From Octopus bimaculoides (lineage: Eukaryota), in assembly GCF_001194135.2 (NCBI RefSeq), contig NC_068986.1:39808994-39844383 (forward strand): a stretch of DNA of 35,390 bases, in the 5' to 3' direction. The number at the start of each line of letters is the position of its first letter. Within the stretch, counting starts at the first letter, position 1. Below, piece after piece: positions 1 through 11,144 of the stretch. The position numbers and the translations under genes were made by a program. The notes beneath the pieces were generated by a model. That model made no database searches. It was given only the letters and a program-made list of their open reading frames with translations, and was not told the DNA's origin.

Positions 1-338
1 ACCTAGAGAGACAGGCCCCTTATTTTTTGGTTAAGGCTGTGGTAAGTTTTCCTAAGCTGCTCCAATCCAGATCCCCAATGCAAACATTCAGATCAACCTT
101 CTCTTATGCAGATCTCTAATGCAACTTCAAAAAAGCAGTCAATGAGTGGAAATAACCAATACACTGATTCCTTATGGGATTTCACAATCAAATTGCCAGC
201 AAACCATTTTCAGCCAACCAATTTCAACGGATTCAGCGCAAATCTGATGTCAATGCTACTTATTTTGGTTTGAAATAAAGCACTTGATCACTTCATAATC
301 CTAGCTTAATCCCGGGCAACTCCGGGCTATACTGCTAG
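1..338 (+). mobile_element. 3' end of a Helitron (terminal hairpin + CTAG); 5' part lies outside the window
   Basis: CCCGG-GCAACT-CCGGG hairpin at 311-326, then CTAG at 335-338 followed by T. This matches the Helitron 3' signature (hairpin ~10 nt before CTRR, insertion between A and T). The upstream extent is not determinable. Confidence 0.65.
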
Positions 339-1745
339 TATCGTATAAAGGGAATTGAGAGCTTTTAAGCTAAGCTACGGGCAACTACCGTGAGTAGGTC
401 AAACGTCTCTGTAGAAGTGCCTTTACTGACAATCCTTCTTTGTCCGGAGAGCGCTGTAAAGTGAAAGTAATTTCCCAGTTTATTTGCGAATACAGTCAAA
501 TTCCTTTATTTGAAAATATTTCCGAATACAATCTCCATTTCTTATTAATATTATCTAAAATTACATGCTTATATAAAGAATCAGAAACAGAAGATGCTTA
601 TCAATTCTATCGGACTAATATTAGCTGAAATTGTTCCCACGAACTTCACTGCACGGAATACAATCATGTTTGTGATGTGTCACGACCAGAAAATATCAAC
701 TTTATTTCCCTAACAGAACTAAATGCTAACACCATGACAAAAAAAAAAAAAAAAAANNNNNNNNNNNNNNNNNNNNNNNNNNNNNNNNNNNNNNNNNNNN
801 NNNNNNNNNNNNNNNNNNNNNNNNNNNNNNNNNNNNNNNNNNNNNNNNNNNNNNNNNNNNNNNNNNNNNNNNNNNNNNNNNNNNNNNNNNNNNNNNNNNN
901 NNNNNNNNNNNNNNNNNNNNNNNNNNNNNNNNNNNNNNNNNNNNNNNNNNNNNNNNNNNNNNNNNNNNNNNNNNNNNNNNNNNNNNNNNNNNNNNNNNNN
1001 NNNNNNNNNNNNNNNNNNNNNNNNNNNNNNNNNNNNNNNNNNNNNNNNNNNNNNNNNNNNNNNNNNNNNNNNNNNNNNNNNNNNNNNNNNNNNNNNNNNN
1101 NNNNNNNNNNNNNNNNNNNNNNNNNNNNNNNNNNNNNNNNNNNNNNNNNNNNNNNNNNNNNNNNNNNNNNNNNNNNNNNNNNNNNNNNNNNNNNNNNNNN
1201 NNNNNNNNNNNNNNNNNNNNNNNNNNNNNNNNNNNNNNNNNNNNNNNNNNNNNNNNNNNNNNNNNNNNNNNNNNNNNNNNNNNNNNNNNNNNNNNNNNNN
1301 NNNNNNNNNNNNNNNNNNNNNNNNNNNNNNNNNNNNNNNNNNNNNNNNNNNNNNNNNNNNNNNNNNNNNNNNNNNNNNNNNNNNNNNNNNNNNNNNNNNN
1401 NNNNNNNNNNNNNNNNNNNNNNNNNNNNNNNNNNNNNNNNNNNNNNNNNNNNNNNNNNNNNNNNNNNNNNNNNNNNNNNNNNNNNNNNNNNNNNNNNNNN
1501 NNNNNNNNNNNNNNNNNNNNNNNNNNNNNNNNNNNNGAATTGTCTTTTGTAGTGGTTCTTCATAGACAGATAGTTAAGTATCCAGAAAATTCAGTCAACC
1601 CATCCATGAGTATTTCACGTAGTAACGATTAGTGAAGTTTCAGTTTCTAATAAATATATTACTTTATTCTGATGTATTTTAGAACGGACATTACGCCAAT
1701 AAGAAACACAGGCACTGTGTAATGACCCTTCTAAGATGCAGAATT

Positions 1746-1818
1746 CCTCAGCGGAATTTGAACTCAGAACGTAAAGACAAACGAAATACCGCTAAACATT
1801 TCGCCCGGCGTGCTAACG
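1746..1818 (-). mobile_element. tRNA-derived SINE family A, 5' fragment
   Basis: cggaatttgaactcagaacgtaaagac...tcgcccggcgtgctaacg matches the head region of the adjacent copy and of 10657-10867. Confidence 0.8.
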
Positions 1819-2058
1819 TGTCTTATTTCTTTATTGCCCGCAAGGGGCTGAACACAAGAGGGGACAAACAAGGACAGACAAAGGGATTAAATTGATTACA
1901 TCGAGCCCCAGTGCGTTACTGGTACTTAATTTATCGACCCCGAAAGGATGAAAGGCAAAGTCGACCTCGGCGGTATTTGAACTCAGAACGTGACGACAGA
2001 CGAAATACTGCTAAGCATTTCGCCCGGCGCGCTAACGTTTCTGCCAGCTCGCCGCCTT
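1819..2058 (-). mobile_element. tRNA-derived SINE family A, full length, 'AATAAAGAAATAAG' tail type
   Basis: On the minus strand: head AAGGCGGCGAGCTGGCAGAA, B-box-like GAGTTCAAATACC, central GCCTTTCATCCTTTCGGGGTCGATAAATTAAGTACC, A-rich tail. Confidence 0.9.
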
Positions 2059-2560
2059 ATTGCATTAGAAATATTAAGCGAAGAAATGACTCCTAGTGAA
2101 TCTTAATATTTCCTTAACAGATAATAAATAATACAATACCTTTGAAGTTTATTCGAAGCGGCTTATAAAATAGCGAAGCAATGGAGAATATTATTGCAAA
2201 CATAGGAAAAACAAAGGTAGAGATTTAATAGACAAAAATAGAAGAGACACGAAGATCAGTTAGTTTTATATATGTGAAAATTGAAAGATACTATGACGTC
2301 ACAAGCGTCCAGTGACGTCGCAGTTTCTTTCAATATTCTCATATGAAGACCAACTAATCTTTTTTGAACCGCCTATTATTGTTCATAAAACATTTCCTCC
2401 TTGAAGCCAACTACACCTTCAGAAATGTAAACGGTAGTATTTTGTTTTTCAAGTTTTTGTTGCTTTACTGCGGCTGCAGTCATGCTTACACACACACACA
2501 CACAAAACATACCTGTATCTATATATTTTTGTGTATTTATGTGTCTGTCTATCTCTCTCT

Positions 2561-2948
2561 GACTGTGTGGTAAGAAGCTTGTTTCCCAACCACATGATTC
2601 CGGGTTCAGTGCCACTGCGTGGCGCCTTGGGCAAGTGTCTTCTGCTATAGCCTCGGGCTGACCAAAGCCTTGTAAGTGGATTTGGTAGACGGAAACTGAA
2701 AGAAACCTGTCGTATATATATGTGTATATTTGTGTGTTTGTGTCTGTGTTTGACCCTCCACCATCGCTTGATAACCGATCTTGGTGTGTTTACATCCCCA
2801 TAGCTTAGCGGTTCGTCAAAAGAGACTGATAGAATAAGTACTAGGCTTACAAAGAACAAGTACAGGGGTCGATTTCTTCGACTAAAATATGGTACTCCAG
2901 CATGGTCACAGTCAAAATGACTGAAACAACTAAAAGAATAAAAGAATA
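2561..2948 (+). mobile_element. tRNA-derived SINE family B, near full length
   Basis: Head gactgtgtggtaagaagc, B-box-like GGTTCAGTGCC, CORE-like CCTTGGGCAAGTGTCTTCT, internal (TA/TG)n, tail aaagaataaaagaata. Homologous to 7114, 11145, 13827, 17255, 23780 and 24056. Confidence 0.9.
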
Positions 2949-2979
2949 TATACACACAAAAACAACAATGTATACATAC

Positions 2980-3010
<31 letters not shown>

Positions 3011-3836
3011 NNNNNNNNNNNNNNNNNNNNNNNNNNNNNNNNNNNNNNNNNNNNNNNNNNNNNNNNNNNNNNNNNNNNNNNNNNNNNNNNNNNNNNNNNN
3101 NNNNNNNNNNNNNNNNNNNNNNNNNNNNNNNNNNNNNNNNNNNNNNNNNNNNNNNNNNNNNNNNNNNNNNNNNNNNNNNNNNNNNNNNNNNNNNNNNNNN
3201 NNNNNNNNNNNNNNNNNNNNNNNNNNNNNNNNNNNNNNNNNNNNNNNNNNNNNNNNNNNNNNNNNNNNNNNNNNNNNNNNNNNNNNNNNNNNNNNNNNNN
3301 NNNNNNNNNNNNNNNNNNNNNNNNNNNNNNNNNNNNNNNNNNNNNNNNNNNNNNNNNNNNNNNNNNNNNNNNNNNNNNNNNNNNNNNNNNNNNNNNNNNN
3401 NNNNNNNNNNNNNNNNNNNNNNNNNNNNNNNNNNNNNNNNNNNNNNNNNNNNNNNNNNNNNNNNNNNNNNNNNNNNNNNNNNNNNNNNNNNNNNNNNNNN
3501 NNNNNNNNNNNNNNNNNNNNNNNNNNNNNNNNNNNNNNNNNNNNNNNNNNNNNNNNNNNNNNNNNNNNNNNNNNNNNNNNNNNNNNNNNNNNNNNNNNNN
3601 NNNNNNNNNNNNNNNNNNNNNNNNNNNNNNNNNGAGAGGGTGGGTATAAGAGAGGGAAGGTGGATTGAGAGAGGGGGAAGGTGGGTATGGGGGGAGAGAA
3701 AGAGGGGGAAGTGTAAGAACGACCGTGCGAACTCAAAAAGGAGAAATGGTGACGAATGGAAAAACAGGACTCCTTTTATTTAAAACGCGTCACACGGTCG
3801 AACACAAAATATATATCAAAGATGATATACAAATAA

Positions 3837-4474
3837 TGTTATATTACGATAACATTAGTAAATTCGTAAATACCAGTAATTAAGACTATAGAAGACAGCC
3901 GATAGAAGATGAATAACAGAATTATTTATTGTGGCATAAAAATGTATGTCTGTGTGTGAGTGTGAATGCGACATATAAAAACATAATAAAAGACAGGCCG
4001 TCGTATAAAGAAAAGAGTGTATGTGAGTGATACATGTATGTGTATGTGAGATATTACAGCAGATAGAAAGAGAGTCAGTAACACGTGAGCATTTATACCA
4101 GTTCTTGAGTACACAATTGGAAGAGTCCGTATGTGAAAGAAGTTGAGGCTGTGAGTGTGGCAGTGCGATCACTAGTTGTGATGTTGGCTTCCATGCCGGG
4201 CCGGGCTCTTGAGGACAGACGTTCGTCGCTGGCTGAATTCTCTTGTCTATTATTAATCGTGGTGAATATGAAACACCTAACAGAATCGAAGAGAGAGAGA
4301 GAGAGATGTGCCGCGGTGGTTTGGATTGGTGTACATAGAGATCATGTTGATGATATTGGCGAATCTTGTCGTTCGTAGTTAAAGTCGTGTTGACTATGGT
4401 GGCGAAGACGAAGCTTGGTAGTAGTCGTAGAATCGTGTTGCTCATGGCGATGATGATGCTGGTTAGTAGTCGTA
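3837..4474 (-). mobile_element. Probable LTR (solo or 3' LTR), running into a gap
   Basis: The minus strand ends ...GTAATATAACA at 3837, with AATAAA at 3930-3925 and TATAAAT at 4097-4091 in LTR order. No PBS follows; the other end is hidden in gap 4475-5057. Confidence 0.35.
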
Positions 4475-5809
4475 NNNNNNNNNNNNNNNNNNNNNNNNNN
4501 NNNNNNNNNNNNNNNNNNNNNNNNNNNNNNNNNNNNNNNNNNNNNNNNNNNNNNNNNNNNNNNNNNNNNNNNNNNNNNNNNNNNNNNNNNNNNNNNNNNN
4601 NNNNNNNNNNNNNNNNNNNNNNNNNNNNNNNNNNNNNNNNNNNNNNNNNNNNNNNNNNNNNNNNNNNNNNNNNNNNNNNNNNNNNNNNNNNNNNNNNNNN
4701 NNNNNNNNNNNNNNNNNNNNNNNNNNNNNNNNNNNNNNNNNNNNNNNNNNNNNNNNNNNNNNNNNNNNNNNNNNNNNNNNNNNNNNNNNNNNNNNNNNNN
4801 NNNNNNNNNNNNNNNNNNNNNNNNNNNNNNNNNNNNNNNNNNNNNNNNNNNNNNNNNNNNNNNNNNNNNNNNNNNNNNNNNNNNNNNNNNNNNNNNNNNN
4901 NNNNNNNNNNNNNNNNNNNNNNNNNNNNNNNNNNNNNNNNNNNNNNNNNNNNNNNNNNNNNNNNNNNNNNNNNNNNNNNNNNNNNNNNNNNNNNNNNNNN
5001 NNNNNNNNNNNNNNNNNNNNNNNNNNNNNNNNNNNNNNNNNNNNNNNNNNNNNNNNNATATATATATATATACATATATATATGCAGATGCATATATATG
5101 ACTTGCTGTATGAAATATATCACTAAAACATAATATTGAAAGAAAGTCTTTATCTTTATATCTACGTATCTCTATCTTATATCAAGTTAATTTTTATGTC
5201 TGAACTTGAGAAACATTAAGGTGAATAAATTGAAACTTTTATACGCAATATACATTACTGAAAAGTTAAACGAAAATATATATATATATATATTTCTTTT
5301 TTTAAAATACCAGCCTTAAGTTATAGAGAGCAAAACTCATATCGGCATGATATATAATCTGTCTATCTCACTATATATATATGAAAAAAATAATAATAAT
5401 AATGATAACAAATAACTATATAAATCCTGTAGAATTATGTTCAGTTTTGTTTGTTAGCGTCAGCATCTCTTTTCATCTCTTTTTCGTACTGTTATTCAAG
5501 AATGCAATGTGGTACAATGATTAAATCTTATCACGAAGGTCGCAGAAAGACGTGTGCTGAGACGAAACGAACAAGAAGCTTAGACTCTGCTGCTCATTTT
5601 ATATCTGATCACTTCAAGCAGATCGTGTTAACTTGTCTACTGAAATATCGTTAATAGTTGTGAAGGTTGGTGACTTAAAGACTGCTATTTAGTTATAGGT
5701 TGTCTTGGGTCAAGTCTGATTTCTGTATAAAATAAAAATACAAAACGTTAAATATGTAATAATTACTGTAGTACTTTTACAAAATCGTACGTAATACGTA
5801 CACATACAT

Positions 5810-6000
5810 GTGTAGCATATAGATATGTATATAAATACCCGGCCCAACACACGCACATGCACACACTCACACATACATACACATGCACACGTGTTCGCAC
5901 ATGCACTCACGCTCGCAGATGCACACACGCATATATATATATGTGTGTGTGCGTGTGTGTGTGTAGACATATAAACATACATATACTTACATACGTATGA

Positions 6001-6099
<99 letters not shown>

Positions 6100-6279
6100 T
6101 ACATACAAATATACATGGACACACGCGCACACACGCATGCACACAGACACACAAACAAACACACATGAACACATAACTTCATACATGCATATATATGTAT
6201 ATACACACGCACACGTATATATACATACACACATATATACATACATATATATTTATTCGCACACACACACACACATATG

Positions 6280-6338
<59 letters not shown>

Positions 6339-6410
6339 GCACACAGAGGTAGGAGAAAGAGAGGGAGATAGGGAGAAAGAGAGGGAAAGAGGAAAAGAGA
6401 GAGAGAGAGG

Positions 6411-6452
<42 letters not shown>

Positions 6453-6500
6453 TAGACAGACAGGTAGACAGACAGACAGTGAGAGAGAGAGAGAAATGGC
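5810..6500. repeat. Compound microsatellite field (CA)n/(TA)n/(GA)n
   Basis: Pure (TA)n at about 6003-6092 and 6286-6334, CA/TA mixes, and (GA)n plus GACA repeats at about 6355-6495. Confidence 0.95.
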
Positions 6501-7113
6501 TGACAGCTAGATAGATTATTTTCTGCGTTTGTACAGAACTTAATTATATATGGAGGTCAGAAAATTCCTTCGTTGTTTCTTTTTTTTTTTTTCTTCATTT
6601 TTTTTTTTATGCCAGAGGATAAAAATAAATAAAGTTAATTTTATACTTCCGCTATGGATTATTTATTAAATTAGCAACCACTCTTATCTATAAATAAGGA
6701 CGTTTATATATTTATTTTTTTATTTATTAATTATTTATGTGTATATTCTTCGTCCCTGATGAAACATAAAATCTCTCTCTCTCTCTCTCTCTCCACACAC
6801 ACATACACATATATACACGCGTGCGTTCACACGTGTTTTTGTGTATGTGTGCGTTCTCAATTTAGTAGAGCACAGTGATATGAGCGCTTTTATGACCCTG
6901 GAGGCTATGCTTTGTGATAATTCAAATCTGTATCGGGTAAGTTTCGGGTGAAAAACTCGACTAAATACAGTATAGTAAACTGGGTTTGTAATGTAATGTG
7001 ATGTAATGAGTTGCGAACTTTTAATTCATTGAAGGGAAAAGAAAACCTTACTTTAGCTATTACTCTGGTGAAGAAAGGACAGGAGAGATAACCTCGAAAT
7101 ATAGATTGATAAA

Positions 7114-7260
7114 TGACTGTGTTTGCTTCCCAACCGCATGGTTCCTGGTTCAGTCTCACTGCATGACATATTGGACAAGTGCCTTCTACTATAGTCCCAG
7201 GCCGACCAACGAGAATTTAATAGAAGGAAACTGAGTGAAAGACCGTCGTATATAGGTATG
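7114..7260 (+). mobile_element. SINE family B, 5' half
   Basis: tgcttcccaaccgcatggttcctggttcagtctcactgc...ttggacaagtgccttctactatag...gtcgtatata aligns with 2561-2720. Confidence 0.8.
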
Positions 7261-7472
7261 TATGTNNNNNNNNNNNNNNNNNNNNNNNNNNNNNNNNNNN
7301 NNNNNNNNNNNNNNNNNNNNNNNNNNNNNNNNNNNNNNNNNNNNNNNNNNNNNNNNNNNNNNNNNNNNNNNNNNNNNNNNNNNNNNNNNNNNNNNNNNNN
7401 NNNNNNNNNNNNNNNNNNNNNNNNNNNNNNNNNNNNNNNNNNNNNNNNNNNNNNNNNNNNNNNNNNNNNNNN

Positions 7473-8576
7473 TTGGGTTGGCAAGTAAGTTCCCGCCGTT
7501 TTTTTAAATTTTGAAATTTATTGCGTTTTTAAATTTTAGAATCTATTTGGGGTTTTTTCTAGTTAATTTTAGTTAATTTTTGTTTATTTTCAGATCATTA
7601 AAATGGAATGTCAAGTTAAGAAAAACGAGCATTTTTGACACCTCCTTCTTTTTGTTTTAATCAAGGTTCTAAGGCCGCAAAAGCTGCATGCGACATTTGT
7701 GCTGCGTATAGAGAGGGTGCCATAGCTGAAAAAACCGCTCGTGATTGGTATGCTAATTTCAAAAATGGAAATTTTGACCTCAAAGACACATCTCGTTATG
7801 GCCGTCCAGTTGTGTTCAATGAAGAGCAATTAAACCAACTTTCGCACGAAAATTTTCGTCAAACAACAAGGGAACTAGCAGAGAAAATGGAATGCTCCCA
7901 CACTGCTATAGAGAAGCATCTTCACTCGATGGGAAAGGTTCAGAAGTATGGAGCATGGTTTCCGCATGCTTTAAGTGACAACAACAAAAATCAACGAGCC
8001 GCAACCTCCGCTGGTTTGCTTGCTCGTCACCGCTCAACTCATGGACCGATTTCTTAACCGAATCGTTACTGGGGACGAAAACTGGTGCCTGTATGAAGTA
8101 GCGTAAGGAATGGCTTAGCCCCGGTAAATAAGTGACACCGCGCGTGAAACAAGATCTTCATCCTCGTAAAATGATGTTGTGCGTATGGTGGGACTAGGGA
8201 GAAATTATCCATTACGAATTACTTGAACAGAACCAAACGGTCAACGCGGAACTCTATGTTCAAGAGATGGAACAACTCAACACGGCTATTCAAGAGAAAA
8301 GACCTAATCGGCAGCATGGAGTTCTGCTGCTGCACAGCAACGCCCACCCTCATATCGCCAATATGACAAAGGAAGCCATTCAAACGCATAGCTGGGAAGT
8401 GCTGCCACACCCACCGTACTCTCCTGATTTGGCACCAACGGATTTCCACCTCTTTCGATCTCTTTCAAATGCTGTGCGCGAAGTTTCGTTCAATACTGAT
8501 GCACAATTGAGAGCTTGGTTAGATCAATTTTTCGAGTCGAAATCGGGTGGTTTCTACCAACGAGGTATTGAAAAGC
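7473..8576 (+). mobile_element. Mariner DNA transposon, 3'-truncated, probably mellifera-subfamily-like
   Basis: Begins TTGGGTTGGCAAGTAAGT (mariner-type 5' TIR) right after the gap and contains a transposase pseudogene. No 3' TIR is found downstream. Confidence 0.9.
7603..8576 (+). pseudogene. Mariner D,D34D transposase pseudogene
   Basis: Starts MECQVKKNEHF*. Motifs GRP, GAWFPH (WVPHEL-like), IVTGDENW, LHSNAHPH (second catalytic Asp lost) and HPPYSPDLAPTDFHLFRS. It has a TGA at 7636, frameshifts near 7655, 8047 and 8093, and further stops, and breaks off after GIEKL. Confidence 0.93.
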
Positions 8577-9180
8577 TACAGAAACCCAAAAAGGGACGAC
8601 CAATACCACGACAAAACAACATGCACCAATAATAGCACGAGAAGAGTCAAAACAAGAAAAGAGACACTCCAGAAAAAACAACTCCAACCGCATCTGAAGA
8701 AGGGGAAAGCAACTGGAGGGAGGTAAAAAAAAAAAGACACAAGAAGATGAATACCTCCCACATACACACTACCATCAAAAACACCAGAACACCTACATGC
8801 ACACCCCTCACACACATAACTACATTTAACATGAACAACACCAACTTAGTAGAACTAATGAATAAAAATGAACACATCATCCCATATGCAGCCCCAGCAC
8901 ACACAAACATACCGGAAAATATGAAATTTATATACATAGCCGATATCTCATACACAAACTTAAAAGGAAAATACCCAAATGACATCGGACCATTACAGAG
9001 AACATTCACTAAACATCTTTACACTTATTTCAAAAGAAATACCCAACAAGCCACATATTATCCATTCACACAAGATATATCACCACCAGCAACACCGGGG
9101 AAAAACAGATCACCTTAGTTAAACATACAGACAGACATTCACGTATGATCCCATAATTAGATCCTCCACACCTGAACACC
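8577..9180 (+). mobile_element. A/C-rich fragment resembling a non-LTR retrotransposon ORF1 (gag-like) N-terminus
   Basis: Strong A/C strand bias. Open frame 8636-9118 includes ...SEEGESNWREVKKKRHKK..., similar to the W-x-x-V-basic motif of Jockey/I-group ORF1 proteins (recalled). No catalytic motif is seen. Confidence 0.45.
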
Positions 9181-9440
9181 AGTGAACATTAATGTTCCTT
9201 TTTCATGTGTTCCTTCGACCCATTTTGTCTGTCCTGCACTGTGAATGAAGAGTGTATGTCTTGCTACATGTGTGAGATGATTGAATGTGAGTTTCATTAA
9301 TTGTTATATGTTGTAAATGAAGAGTGTACGCTTTGTTACATGTGTAAATGAGATGACTTGAACGAAAGTACCAGTGAATCTAAAAGAATTTTTGGTACCC
9401 TGGTAGCTATTTATTTTCTCCGTGTTATTTGTACACATAC

Positions 9441-9449
<9 letters not shown>

Positions 9450-9472
<23 letters not shown>

Positions 9473-9665
9473 ATAGAAGGGACAACAAAAGAAAGAAAGA
9501 GACCTCGATATTATGTAAATAGAGGAATTTATCTGTAAAAATATGTGACACTTATTCGGTAGCCATGATAAAACTCCGAGTTTCGGAAGAGATGGCGGCG
9601 TGGGTTCCCACCCCGGCATCCATTTCTAAATTCGGTGCGTGGTGAAGCAATTGCTGACCCCTGAT
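9450..9665 (-). mobile_element. Possible Penelope-like pLTR remnant between (TA)n tracts
   Basis: The minus strand has GAAAC-TCGGA-GTT, the same ACTC-N-GAGT stem III as the 26.7/27.7 kb hammerheads, preceded by a long hairpin. The CUGANGA box is absent. Confidence 0.35.
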
Positions 9666-9709
9666 TATAATTATGTTTATAATTATAGTATATTTGTATA
9701 TATATGTAA

Positions 9710-9751
<42 letters not shown>

Positions 9752-10656
9752 NNNNNNNNNNNNNNNNNNNNNNNNNNNNNNNNNNNNNNNNNNNNNNNNN
9801 NNNNNNNNNNNNNNNNNNNNNNNNATAAATATATATATACTTATATATAAGTGTGTATGTGCGTATACATATATGTATGTGTGTGTATGTGTATGTGTGT
9901 GTTTGTGAGTGTGTGTGTGTGTGTGTATGCCTGTCACTGAGAGTTGATATACATTTTTTATTGCTTGTTAGTTACATTATAAAGTTACACTAATTTCTTT
10001 CACACATTAATGCAGTAGGGAAGTTGCGTTATTTGGGTACCTCCCCGTATTACAGATTAAGATTTATTGATACATAACACACACATGCGCGCGCGCAAAC
10101 ACTCGCATGTATGTATGTAATACGTATGCATAACATATAGCGGTACTTCTTTTTCTTTTCCATTTTCTCAATATTTATTTCAAATAGTCTAGACAAGATC
10201 CGGTACACTAACTGAGTAGCAAAGCTGTTTCTGGCAGACAATTAAAATAAATTAGAAATTGAACTTCTAGAAACTTTGAAATAGTTTGACAGTTTCACTC
10301 AGAATGTTCTGGCAGTGTTTAAATAAATCGATTCAATTCCAACTTTTCAAGATTAGTGTTTCAGTCGTTTTATCAGAAGGCCAAACTATTAGAGTGATTA
10401 TATGTGGAAATGTGAACTTGAGAATTTTGCTTTAGAATTTCTTGAGTTCCACATTACTACTCAATACAATATCTGCCAAACATGTTACTTCTTCAGTTGT
10501 AAATATTTTTTTGTCTCTATACCCAGAGAGTAAACGACACTTAGTTTATAGTATTTGCAATCTCATTCATGTTTTAAGTGAGATATCGGAAGTGTGTTCT
10601 GTAATTAGCTTGAGTTTCGTTAATCTCTTGAATGCGTTAATATTTCTTCTATCAAA

Positions 10657-10867
10657 GGCGGTGAGCTGGCAGAAACGTTAGCACGCCGGGCGAAATGCTT
10701 AGCGGTACTTCCTCTGTCTTTACGTTCTGAGTTCAAATTCCGCCGACGTCGACTTTGCCATTCATCCTTTCGGGGTCGACAAAATAAGTACCCGTTGTGT
10801 ACGGGGTCAATCTAGTCGACTGGTCCCCTTCCTCAAAATTTCGGGCCTTGTGCCTAGAGTAGAAAAG
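10657..10867 (+). mobile_element. SINE family A, full length with 18-bp target-site duplication
   Basis: Runs GGCGGTGAGCTGGCAGAA...GAGTTCAAATTCC...GTGCCTAGAGTAGAAAAG. Flanked by an exact direct repeat, aatatttcttctatcaaa, at 10639-10656 and 10868-10885. Confidence 0.95.
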
Positions 10868-11144
10868 AATATTTCTTCTATCAAAATCTTTATATCCCAT
10901 TTCTGAGTTATTCTTTGCAAGAAATGCAGTTTATCTTTTATCTTCCAGTAGGGTAAAAGATTATTACCTACGCTATGCGTGATAATGATATTTGTTAATC
11001 ATGTACGTACCTTCTTTTAATAGTAGACTGTTATATAGTGAAAGTCTCGTAAGTTAGTATGGTTACAACTATCTATCTATCTATCTGTCTGTCTGTCTGT
11101 CTGTCTCTTTCTCGCTCTCTCTCTTATTTTTTAAAGGCTGGGAC

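Noticed and set aside
10402-10533. 43-codon peptide containing YNICQTCYFFS, reminiscent of dystrophin ZZ (YDICQSCFFS)
   Set aside because: The upstream ZZ residues are missing, a stop follows soon after, and there is no convincing splice context, so it is likely chance.
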